DNA of 60,807 nt, taken from positions 1 to 60,807 of the forward strand of contig JABFXK010000040.1 of the NCBI GenBank assembly GCA_013361785.1, in the 5' to 3' direction. Numbering within the stretch: the stretch's first letter is position 1; each line of letters opens with the position of its first letter. Positions 38,780-47,189 of this stretch are shown here, one piece after another. The notes below the pieces were generated by a model, which ran no database searches, had not been told where the DNA came from, and saw only the letters and a list, made by a program, of their open reading frames with translations. A program made the position numbers and the translations under genes. Source of the DNA: Sphingomonas sp. GTDB lineage: Bacteria > Pseudomonadota > Alphaproteobacteria > Sphingomonadales > Sphingomonadaceae.

Positions 38780-39307
38780 TCAGCGCCGCCCCCGGCGCGC
38801 GGCGGCAAGCGCGGCGCCGGCGGCCCTTCTGCTGCCCTCCAGGGCCGCGCCGAACACCCAGTGCGAGACCATTGCGTAAACATGGGTGGAGGGGGCCACC
38901 TGCCGCGGCGGCGGAGAAAGCTCGGCCCCGGGTACAAGGAACTCGTCCGCGAACATCCAGACCGCTGTCCCGTAGAGCGAACCGAAGCCCGCGCGCACGT
39001 TCGGGAAGTTGGAGGCAAGCAACGCATAGAAGCCGCCGAGATAGGCGCCGAACGCGTAATGGACCGCATTCCCGGCGATCGATCGATGCGGTTCGGCGAC
39101 CGGGCCGCCCACGACCACTCCGCTAACCCGGTCGGCGGCCTTGACCGTCGTGGGCTCGCTCGCTTCCCGTGAGGCCTCGCTCTGCGCATCGCCCCGCCTG
39201 ATGCTCTTGCTGACTGCGCTCCAGCCGTTCTGAAAGGCGTTCATCACCCAGGCCGCGGCGATGCCGCTGACGACACCAACGATCAGATCACGCGATGCCG
39301 CCTTCAT
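38780..39307 (-). CDS. DUF1440 membrane protein
   Basis: AAWVMNAFQ, VHYAFG, ADEFLVP, SHWVFG. Confidence 0.75.
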   Translation of the reverse strand: MKAASRDLIVGVVSGIAAAWVMNAFQNGWSAVSKSIRRGDAQSEASREASEPTTVKAADRVSGVVVGGPVAEPHRSIAGNAVHYAFGAYLGGFYALLASNFPNVRAGFGSLYGTAVWMFADEFLVPGAELSPPPRQVAPSTHVYAMVSHWVFGAALEGSRRAAGAALAAARRGRR

Positions 39308-40341
39308 GATCGCCCGTCCCTTTGCCGGCTTCGCCTCAGCAGCCAGCCGGCGCCGGCCGCGACAGCGCCCGCGGTCGCCATGCCGATCTCCTTGCGATGC
39401 ATGTTGGCCCAGAGTTGCGGGCTTGAACGGTGCGCGTCGCCGTCGAAGGAACCATGGGCGCCGTGATCGCCGGGAACCGGCTCGAACAGATTGTCCCTGC
39501 GGTCAGGGCTGACGCGCTCCTTGCGCTGCTGGCCGGCAAAGCCGGTGCGGCCGAGGTAACGGTCAAGGAGCGATGAGGCGACCTTGTCGCCCATGATCGC
39601 TTCGAGCGCCGGAAGGCCGACGATGACCTGCTTGCGCCGCGCGTGCGCCGCGAAGTGGATCGCCTTGGCGGCGACCTCGGGTTGATAGACGGCGCCAGTC
39701 GGCTTGGGCTGCTTGGGCATGTGGGTTCGGATCCAGTCGAACTGCGGCGTATTGACTCCGGGAAGCTGCACCATCGTCAGATGGACGTTGGACTTCCGGT
39801 GAAACAGCTCGGCGCGGATCGAATCTTGGAAGCCCTGGATCGCGTGCTTGGCGCCGCAATAGGCCGACTGGAGCGGGATCCCGCGATAGGCGAGCGCCGA
39901 TCCGACCAAGACGATCGAGCCACGGTCGCGCGGAATCATCCGCCGGAGGGCGGCCATAGTTCCCCAGACCTGCCCGAGATAGGTGACGTCGGTCACTCGG
40001 CGGTATTCCTCCGGGCTGATGTCCAGCAGCCCGGAAAAGATGCCGGCGAACGCATTGTTCACCCAGACGTCGATCGGTCCGAGCTCCTTCTCGATCCGCT
40101 CCGCGGCCTGCTCGACGGCATCCGGATCGGCGACATCGCATTGGATGAGGATCGCTTTGCCGCCGGCTTCCTCGACTTCGCGCTTCGCTGCTTCGAGCCC
40201 GTCGCGCCCGCGCGCGATCAGGCCGATATGCGCGCCGTGCCTGGCAAACTCGCGGACCGTCGCCCGGCCTATGCCGGCCGAAGCGCCGGTGACGACCACG
40301 ATTTCAGCTGACCGCGATCCCGAGCTTTTTTCTTGTTTCAT
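39304..40341 (-). CDS. SDR family oxidoreductase
   Basis: TGASAGIG, VNNA, YCGAK. Confidence 0.9.
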   Translation of the reverse strand: MKQEKSSGSRSAEIVVVTGASAGIGRATVREFARHGAHIGLIARGRDGLEAAKREVEEAGGKAILIQCDVADPDAVEQAAERIEKELGPIDVWVNNAFAGIFSGLLDISPEEYRRVTDVTYLGQVWGTMAALRRMIPRDRGSIVLVGSALAYRGIPLQSAYCGAKHAIQGFQDSIRAELFHRKSNVHLTMVQLPGVNTPQFDWIRTHMPKQPKPTGAVYQPEVAAKAIHFAAHARRKQVIVGLPALEAIMGDKVASSLLDRYLGRTGFAGQQRKERVSPDRRDNLFEPVPGDHGAHGSFDGDAHRSSPQLWANMHRKEIGMATAGAVAAGAGWLLRRSRQRDGRS

Positions 40342-41563
40342 GCTGGCCTTCCGAGGCTGATGGTGAATCCCCCGGAACTGCCCCCATGGCAAAATTGGCG
40401 AGCAACGGCTGGTCGCGATAGCGCTTGCAGAGCTTGTTGAACTCGCCCGCGACGGGATTGGGCTTGCGGTCAAGGGTGAAGAGGCCGTTGGCGACTTCAT
40501 GTCCCCGGAACTCGCGCAGCTGGATGTCCCAATCGACCTGGTTCTGGAGGCTGTACCAGGTGTAGCCGATCACCGGGAAACCATCGGCTCGCAGGTCCGA
40601 CGCATTATGCCATGTGTCCCACAGCCATTTCGGGGCCTCTTCGGCGTGTCCGATGTTGGTCTCCGTCAGCATGATCGGCTTGCGGAAGCGGGTCGCATAT
40701 TGCCGGGCGATGCTCGACCATCCGATCGATGGACCGATGCCGACCTGATCGCCATTTTCGCGGACCGCGACCTCGTTTCCGCGATAATAGTCCATGCCCA
40801 TGATGCAGTGCGGGGCAGCCCTGCGGCCATGCTCCATGAACCAGTCGTACTGCTCGCGCTCGAGGCCGTTATCCTCGAGGAACGTCATGAGATTGCCTTC
40901 GGGAGGATGGCCGTAGATGAAATCGAAGGTGATGAACCTCAAGGCGTTGAGCAGGGCGACATGCTCGCGCTGGCTAGGCTCCTCCTCCAGGAACACCTCG
41001 CAGGTCTCGCTCTGGATGAAGACCGCGTCGGGACGGATCTTGAGGATCGTCTCCATCGCGAGCAGGGTCGCCTTGCACTGGACCGCATGGGCCCGGATCA
41101 TCGCCTTGTCGGACTTCAGCTGCTCGTTCCATATGCCCTCCTTCGCGGAGAAGCGGGCGCAGACCAGCATCTCGTTGACGGGCGTATAAAATTGGATCCA
41201 GGAATAACGTTCGGCGAACGCGCCGGCATATTCGGCGAAATGTTCCGGCCAATCCTCGTTCTGGAAGTCCCCGATCCAGTCGGGCACGCCGAAATGGCAG
41301 AGATCGAGGATCGGCGTGATGCCGAGCTCCCGAAGCACCGGCAGCACTTCGTCCGTGAAGGACCAGTCGTATCGGCCGGGCCCCAGATGCATCCGGTAAT
41401 AAGGCGGTCCGTAGCGCAGGAAACGGGCGCCGATCTCCCAGCAGAGCTGAAAGTCCTCGCGCCAATATTGATAGTGACGGGTCTCCTCGAGCTGGTCGCG
41501 CCTGCGGCCGCCCACCGTCGGATAGCTGCACTCGATTCCGGTCGCGAGAAGAAAACTCCTCAT
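40304..41563 (-). CDS. Glycoside hydrolase family 1-like protein
   Basis: TGIECS, DLCHFG, TPVNE, MLTETN, YTWYS. Confidence 0.82.
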   Translation of the reverse strand: MRSFLLATGIECSYPTVGGRRRDQLEETRHYQYWREDFQLCWEIGARFLRYGPPYYRMHLGPGRYDWSFTDEVLPVLRELGITPILDLCHFGVPDWIGDFQNEDWPEHFAEYAGAFAERYSWIQFYTPVNEMLVCARFSAKEGIWNEQLKSDKAMIRAHAVQCKATLLAMETILKIRPDAVFIQSETCEVFLEEEPSQREHVALLNALRFITFDFIYGHPPEGNLMTFLEDNGLEREQYDWFMEHGRRAAPHCIMGMDYYRGNEVAVRENGDQVGIGPSIGWSSIARQYATRFRKPIMLTETNIGHAEEAPKWLWDTWHNASDLRADGFPVIGYTWYSLQNQVDWDIQLREFRGHEVANGLFTLDRKPNPVAGEFNKLCKRYRDQPLLANFAMGAVPGDSPSASEGQHETRKKLGIAVS

Positions 41564-41571
41564 GTGGGCGT

Positions 41572-42084
41572 CTACGCCCGGGCCGCGCTATTGGCTCCCT
41601 CTCCGGCCTGCTTCGCATCATGCCTCGCGATCCCGCGATAGACGCCGCCGGCGACCGCGCCGAACATCGCATGGCCGAAGAGGATGGTCAGGCTGCGATT
41701 CATCGCAAACCACGGGAAGACCGACGTGAAGCCGTAAAAGTCGACATAATAGACGACGATCCCGAAGATCATCCCGACGATGATCGCCGCGGCCATGCCG
41801 AGCCCAAACCGCGAGATGCCCCAGCCGAGGACGATCGCGAGGATGACCGACAGCACCAGGTGGACCATCATCCCGACCATCATCACACCCATGTCGAAGG
41901 TTGCCGGTTCTCCCATCGCCGGCAGCACGCCTTTCCCCATCACCATCGCCGCCATCATCCGCGGCGGGCCCCAGGGGCTCATGCCCTGCATCATGATCAG
42001 GGCCATGACGATCATCACGTAAACAAGGCCGGCGATGATTCCCGCCCAGATTGCGGCCTTCCAGTCGAGCGCCTTTGGCATCAT
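41572..42084 (-). CDS. Met-rich inner-membrane protein
   Basis: DWKAAIWAGIIAG, SPWGPPRMMAAMVMG, MMVGMMVH, FPWF, GHAMFG. Confidence 0.72.
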   Translation of the reverse strand: MMPKALDWKAAIWAGIIAGLVYVMIVMALIMMQGMSPWGPPRMMAAMVMGKGVLPAMGEPATFDMGVMMVGMMVHLVLSVILAIVLGWGISRFGLGMAAAIIVGMIFGIVVYYVDFYGFTSVFPWFAMNRSLTILFGHAMFGAVAGGVYRGIARHDAKQAGEGANSAARA

Positions 42085-42112
42085 TACTCTCCTCCGTCTG
42101 GATTCGGTCCCA

Positions 42113-42139
42113 TTCGGACGAGCACGCGATTCGGTTACA
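42113..42139 (-). promoter_or_regulatory. SigF-type promoter
   Basis: TGTAACC-N16-CGAA. Confidence 0.8.
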
Positions 42140-42380
42140 TTTTCAGAATCGCTCGAGGGACGCTGGATCGACCTGCAACCTTGCGCTTCACACGCCGGTT
42201 CCGACGCTGGACGAACGGGCACAACATTCGGACGGAAGAGAACGCCGGCGGCGACTCAATGTCGAACTCACCGGACGATCCAGCCACAGGACGGATTGAA
42301 ACCTGTCGGGCTTTCGGATGGAACTATGACTGTTCCCGTCGCACGGGCCGGGCTTCGACGCGCAACCTAGAGGGAAATGA

Positions 42381-42617
42381 GTGACTCGAACTGAAGCGCT
42401 CCGTCTGACTTTCTCGCGCTCGTCCGTTCGCGGATCGCTGATCGTCGCGATCGGCGTCGGAACATTGCTCAACCTCATCAACCAGGGCGACGCCTTGTGG
42501 AGCGGCAACTGGCCGGTGCTGTGGAAGGCGTGCCTCACCTATTGCGTCCCGTTCGCGGTGGCGAGCTACGGCAGCTATGCCGCGTTCCGGCAGAGCAAGA
42601 GCAGCAATGCTCAGTAG
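42381..42617 (+). CDS. nrtS: NrtS family small membrane protein
   Basis: VGTLLNLINQGDAL...LTYCVPFAVASYG. Confidence 0.8.
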   Translation: MTRTEALRLTFSRSSVRGSLIVAIGVGTLLNLINQGDALWSGNWPVLWKACLTYCVPFAVASYGSYAAFRQSKSSNAQ

Positions 42618-43336
42618 CGCGTGGTCAGGCTGACCAGCCAATCGGGCGAGACCTCAGTCAGATAGGTCTCGAGCCAGTGATCGGCTCCAGTGAGGATCAT
42701 TAGGCCGATCAGGATGGTGGCAAGGCCGAGCAGCCGCCGCGCGGTGCCGCCAGCCTTCATCAATGTTCGGCGGCCGCGGCTCAGCGTTCGGACCGACACT
42801 GCCCCTATTGCGCCGAGCGGCACGGCGGCTCCGAACCCGAAGGCCGCCATGACGGCGCCGACCTCGCCGAGATTCCTGCCCTGAGCGGCGAGCACCGACG
42901 CCGCTCCCAGGGTCGGTCCGACGCACGGCAGCCACACGAAGCCTAGCAGGCCGCCCATCGCAAACTGGCCGAGCAATCCACTCTGTTCGCGCTCGCTCAT
43001 GCGGCGGCTATTCGCCCAGCTGCCAACGGGCGCCAAGGCAAGCTCGAACCGATGCTCCAGCGCCGGAACGATGAGGACCAGCCCGACCGCGAGCAGCAGG
43101 ACCGCGCCGACCGTCCGGAACAGGCCCGGATCGAGGCCCAGCGAGAAGCCGATCGTCGAGATGAACAACCCCAGGAGCGTGAAGCTGATCGCCAGCCCGG
43201 CGCCAAGCGCCACGGGACCCAAAGGATGCCGGTTGTGCGCGCTCGCAAAGACGATCGGCACTAGCGGCAGGACGCAGGGCGACAATATCGTGAGCACGCC
43301 GGCGAGGAACGCCAGCAGCGGACTTAGGTGGTGCAC
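42611..43336 (-). CDS. ccdA: CcdA/DsbD-type thiol-disulfide membrane protein
   Basis: LSPCVLP and WLPCVGPTLG. Confidence 0.87.
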   Translation of the reverse strand: MHHLSPLLAFLAGVLTILSPCVLPLVPIVFASAHNRHPLGPVALGAGLAISFTLLGLFISTIGFSLGLDPGLFRTVGAVLLLAVGLVLIVPALEHRFELALAPVGSWANSRRMSEREQSGLLGQFAMGGLLGFVWLPCVGPTLGAASVLAAQGRNLGEVGAVMAAFGFGAAVPLGAIGAVSVRTLSRGRRTLMKAGGTARRLLGLATILIGLMILTGADHWLETYLTEVSPDWLVSLTTRY

Positions 43337-43337
43337 G

Positions 43338-43727
43338 TCAGCGGTTTGCGGTGCGGATCAGTTCAGCGAGCGCTTCGGGGTCCGTCTCCGCGACTTCGCG
43401 TGCGACTTCATTTCGGCCCCTGAACACGATCAGCGTGCTCTGCTGACGCACGCCCATGGCGCGCCAATATTGCGCCTGCTTGTCGAAATCCAGTTTGAGC
43501 ACGACGAGATTTTTGAATTCATTGCGCTTCAGGAGAGGACCAAGCGCCTGGTCCTGTGCCCGACAAACCGGGCACCAGTCTGCATGGACGTCGATCAGGA
43601 TCGGCCGACCCGCGCGCTGCGCGGCGGCGAAAGCCTGCGGGCTGAAGGGCCGGATCTCTGCCGCGCTTGCCGGCGCTGGAGCGATTGCCGCAACCGCGAC
43701 GATTGCAGGAACGATGAAGCCGCGCAT
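43338..43727 (-). CDS. Exported thioredoxin family protein
   Basis: Signal peptide, HADWCPVC. Confidence 0.85.
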   Translation of the reverse strand: MRGFIVPAIVAVAAIAPAPASAAEIRPFSPQAFAAAQRAGRPILIDVHADWCPVCRAQDQALGPLLKRNEFKNLVVLKLDFDKQAQYWRAMGVRQQSTLIVFRGRNEVAREVAETDPEALAELIRTANR

Positions 43728-43830
43728 TAGAAGACTCCCAAGATCTGGATTGAGAGCAGGGCTGCGCTGATTCGGGGCAAGAGCCAGCGCAGCCGATCGC
43801 TGCTCTGGGGAAGCAGGCGATGAAGGTGAA

Positions 43831-43857
43831 TTCGCCTCAATGGCAGGATCGGTTACA
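43831..43857 (-). promoter_or_regulatory. SigF-type promoter of thioredoxin-ccdA
   Basis: TGTAACC-N16-CGAA. Confidence 0.8.
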
Positions 43858-43906
43858 GTCGGGAGTTCAGAAACTGCCGGCGCATGCAAACGTGCTCGCA
43901 CCCGCG

Positions 43907-44680
43907 TCAGAGCAGCATGTCCCAGAGTCCGCCAGCGGCCATGGCCCGTGCGTTGCGGACAAGGCGCTGGACCTGCGACCGAAGACTTGGTGAATTGACC
44001 CGCCATCGGGTTGCCGCCGCTCTGTCGCTCAGAAGCTCGGCTGCAATCGTGCGCTGGTCCTCGCCAGCGAGAAGCGCGTCCCAGGTCCTCAGCAGAAGGA
44101 TATGCCTCTCCGCGCGTGGGTCGGGCGGATGAAGCGATCGCGAAAATTCGCCGTTAGAAGCAAGCGCGATGAACCGCCTGAGTGTCAGCAGTTGAGGTTT
44201 TGCGCTGGCAATACCGGTTAGCTCATATTGGAGCCGCACGGGTCTGCTCAGCAGGCTCGTCCCTCGGGCATCGATGCGGATGCTGCGGAAGCCATCCGAC
44301 AACAATAAACGTTCGATGCCGGGAGCGCACGCGAGCGTTATAAAGCCGCGCAAGAGATCGAGCGGGAAGACATCGGCATCCATTTTCGAACCCCCGGCCG
44401 ACGCCTGCAGCACGAACGGGAGCTTTTCAGCCGTCCACATCGGCCGCGCCCGCGGCACCGGCAGGTGCGGAGGCTCGAACGCGACCAGTCCAAACTCTCC
44501 GGGGCCAATGTCCCCATGGGCGTCGTCGTATCCCCGTGACAACGCCCGCACCGCTGCGGCGCCATAACGGGAATCGCGCCGCAGCCACTCCCAGGCGAAC
44601 AGCGAACGATCTGCGCCGAGCAGCGGCGCATAGGCCGCCGCATCGCGCCAATCGAAATCTGATGCCGTTCGCCCGCGCAC
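43907..44680 (-). CDS. FseA-like DUF6499-DUF2285 transcriptional activator
   Basis: FAWEWLRRD (AWEFLRRN-like) and C-terminal LRTWDALLAGEDQRTIA...SLRSQVQRLVRNARAM..GG. Confidence 0.8.
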   Translation of the reverse strand: MRGRTASDFDWRDAAAYAPLLGADRSLFAWEWLRRDSRYGAAAVRALSRGYDDAHGDIGPGEFGLVAFEPPHLPVPRARPMWTAEKLPFVLQASAGGSKMDADVFPLDLLRGFITLACAPGIERLLLSDGFRSIRIDARGTSLLSRPVRLQYELTGIASAKPQLLTLRRFIALASNGEFSRSLHPPDPRAERHILLLRTWDALLAGEDQRTIAAELLSDRAAATRWRVNSPSLRSQVQRLVRNARAMAAGGLWDMLL

Positions 44681-44716
44681 CCGGGGAGGGAAGCGAGCTC
44701 AGCGCCGCCAACCCAT

Positions 44717-45460
44717 TCACCCTTGTGGGGGAATTGCGTCCTCGAAGCTGATCCACGCGTCGCGAAGGCCGTAGACGACGAGCTGCGTGCGGCTGACCGT
44801 GTCAGAGGCCGCCCGCGCCCGCTTCACAGATTGGCGTGCGGTCTCGGCGCTGATCCCCAGGATCCGCGAAATTTCCCAGTCCGTCTTCCGCAGCGCGACC
44901 AAGCGCAGGCACTGCAGCTCGCGGCGGCTGAGATGCGGGCGCACGCTCGGACCCGCTGGCAGGTGGATCCGGCGCGCTGCGCGGAACGCATGAGCGCCGA
45001 TCAGCTCGGCACAGCGCAGCCGCTCGAGCGGTAGCGCAACCGAGCGGCGAACCGCGAACGAACAGGAGGCACTGGGCTCGCCCGGCACATTCGCCGGGAC
45101 TGTAAAGCCGGAGCCGATGCCGAAGCGCCGGCTTCGCGCCAGGATCGACTTATGCTGGCGCGTCAGGCGGATGATGCTGCCGACTTCGTCCCACGCAAAG
45201 CCGGTGTTGATGTTCCGGCTCGCAAGATGGACGGGATCGTCGATGGCGAGGCCGGAGCTCAGCAGCTCGGTGACCCAGCCCTCGGGATAATTGTCGATCC
45301 TGACATACTCTCCGCGCGGACTGCCGAGGCTCGCATGGTGCAGAAGCGCAAAATGGTCGAAGCCAAGTTCTCTCGAAGCATCGGCGAGAAGGATGCGCAG
45401 CTGCGCCAGGCTCGCGCAGGATGCAGCCTCGTCGCCGAAGCGATCGGCCAGCCGCCTCAC
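44717..45460 (-). CDS. luxR: LuxR-family AHL-binding regulator (possibly degenerate); start uncertain (45460-45541)
   Basis: NYPEGW, DDPVH, FAW, GFTVP, LSRRELQCL..KTDWEI. Confidence 0.82.
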   Translation of the reverse strand: MRRLADRFGDEAASCASLAQLRILLADASRELGFDHFALLHHASLGSPRGEYVRIDNYPEGWVTELLSSGLAIDDPVHLASRNINTGFAWDEVGSIIRLTRQHKSILARSRRFGIGSGFTVPANVPGEPSASCSFAVRRSVALPLERLRCAELIGAHAFRAARRIHLPAGPSVRPHLSRRELQCLRLVALRKTDWEISRILGISAETARQSVKRARAASDTVSRTQLVVYGLRDAWISFEDAIPPQG

Positions 45461-45745
45461 CGGCGGCGATCCCGAGCCAAGAGACAGGTGCGCTCGCGCA
45501 CAATTGGCCTCCGTGCAGTCGCGCGCGAGGAGGCGGGGCAAAGCGTTACCGGGAAGTAAACGCTGGAATAAGTCGGATATGCGCCGAATATATTTGAACG
45601 GGGGCTCGGAGCCGCTAATGCTGGATGGGCTCGGTCAGAACGCCTGCCCTTCCGCGTGAGAAACGGAAGCGCGGAAGCTCGGTGTTGAAAGGGCGCGGCG
45701 GGAACGAGAGTGCCTTGGAACATTCTCCCGTCAGCGCAGCGGGGG

Positions 45746-46483
45746 ATGTTCGATCGGGTCGACGCGTTCGTCAGGGACGTGCGCGCACTCAAGACGGAAG
45801 GCGAGCTGGCCGAAGCGCTGGGCGAGGTCTCAGCTGACCTCGGCTTTCGCTATTTCGCGCTCACGCACCATGCCGATGTGCGCCGGAGCAGCGCGGCGAT
45901 CCGCATCCACAATTATCCGCCCGGCTGGGAGGAGTGGTTCGACGACGAGGGACTCGGGCCGATCGACCCGGTGCACCGAGCAAGCCATATGACGAGCGTG
46001 GCATTCTCCTGGTCGAACCTCGAGAAACTGATTCCGCTCACGGCGGGAGACCGTCTCGTATTGGAGCACGCCCGAAAGCAGGGGATCGGCGACGGCTACA
46101 CGGTGCCGGCCAATGTCCCCGGAGAGACGCACGGCTCGGTGTCCTTTGCCGTCGAGACCGGTACGAAGCTCGATCCCGACCGTCTACCGCTGACGCAGCT
46201 CGTCGGCGCCTTCGCCTTCGAAGCGGCGCGCTCGATCCGCCGCCTGCGCGAACCGGTCGCGCATCTGCCCAAGCTAACGGACCGCCAGCGAGAGTGCGTC
46301 GTCTGGGCAACCCGCGGCAAGTCCGACCGGGAAATCGCCCAGATCCTCGGCGTCAGCCATGAAACGGTGATCATGCACTTGAAGCAGGCGCGCGACCGCT
46401 ACGGCGTCGCCAAACGGACCCTGCTCGCGGTGCACGCCTTGTTCGACGGCACGATCGCCTTTCTCGACGTCTTTAAGAGCTGA
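45746..46483 (+). CDS. luxR: LuxR-family AHL-binding regulator
   Basis: NYPPGW, IDPVH, FSW, GYTVP, LTDRQREC..ATRGKSDREIAQILG. Confidence 0.9.
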   Translation: MFDRVDAFVRDVRALKTEGELAEALGEVSADLGFRYFALTHHADVRRSSAAIRIHNYPPGWEEWFDDEGLGPIDPVHRASHMTSVAFSWSNLEKLIPLTAGDRLVLEHARKQGIGDGYTVPANVPGETHGSVSFAVETGTKLDPDRLPLTQLVGAFAFEAARSIRRLREPVAHLPKLTDRQRECVVWATRGKSDREIAQILGVSHETVIMHLKQARDRYGVAKRTLLAVHALFDGTIAFLDVFKS

Positions 46484-46556
46484 CCCCCCATTTCTGGGAA
46501 TATCGCCGCGGCGCAAAGTCCACGAACATCGCTCCACGACAAAGGGAGCGAACGTC

Positions 46557-47177
46557 ATGGTGATTGTGGAGAGCGGCGGCGGTGAATTGCTGGAAGGCCG
46601 GGTCTTCCGGCAGATGTTCGAGGCCAGAAAGCAGGTCTTCGTCGACCTCTTGAAGTGGGACGTGCCGGTCCTCGACGGCCGTTTCGAGTTCGACGAGTTC
46701 GACGGCGAATATGCGAACTACATCATCGTCGCGGATCCGGACGGCAATCATCTCGGCTCGGCGCGGCTCCTCGCGACGACCCGGCCGCACATCCTCGGCG
46801 ACCTGTTCCCGGAGCTTTGCGCCGGACCGGTACCCACGGGTCCCGATGTTTTCGAGATCACGCGCTTCTGCCTTGGCCGAACCCAGGGCGCACTGGCGCG
46901 GCGAAAGACCCGCAACCGCCTGGTGAGCGCGCTCGTCGCCTTCGCGCTTGAGCAGGGTATCACGACCTATACCGGTGTCGCCGAGATGGGGTGGCTGCAG
47001 CAGATCCTGGCCTTCGGGTGGGACTGCCGGCCTCTCGGGGCGCCGCTTCAGCTTCGCGGCCGGCTGACCGGTGCGCTCGCGATTAGCATCAACAGCGAGA
47101 CGCCCGCGTTGCTCGATCAGAACGGAATCTGGACCGCGGAGGCACTCGAGCTCGCTCCGCTTGCAGCGGCTGCCTGA
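46557..47177 (+). CDS. luxI: Acyl-homoserine lactone synthase
   Basis: RKQVFVDLLKWD, EFDEFD, SARLL, EITRFC. Confidence 0.92.
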   Translation: MVIVESGGGELLEGRVFRQMFEARKQVFVDLLKWDVPVLDGRFEFDEFDGEYANYIIVADPDGNHLGSARLLATTRPHILGDLFPELCAGPVPTGPDVFEITRFCLGRTQGALARRKTRNRLVSALVAFALEQGITTYTGVAEMGWLQQILAFGWDCRPLGAPLQLRGRLTGALAISINSETPALLDQNGIWTAEALELAPLAAAA

Positions 47178-47189
47178 GGAGACCTGGAG

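Noticed and set aside
42297-42323. TGAAACC-N16-GGAA upstream of nrtS as a SigF promoter
   Set aside because: Mismatch in each element; not counted among the ten
45524-45550. GTAACG upstream of luxR2 as a SigF promoter
   Set aside because: Element at 16 bp is CGCG, not CGAA
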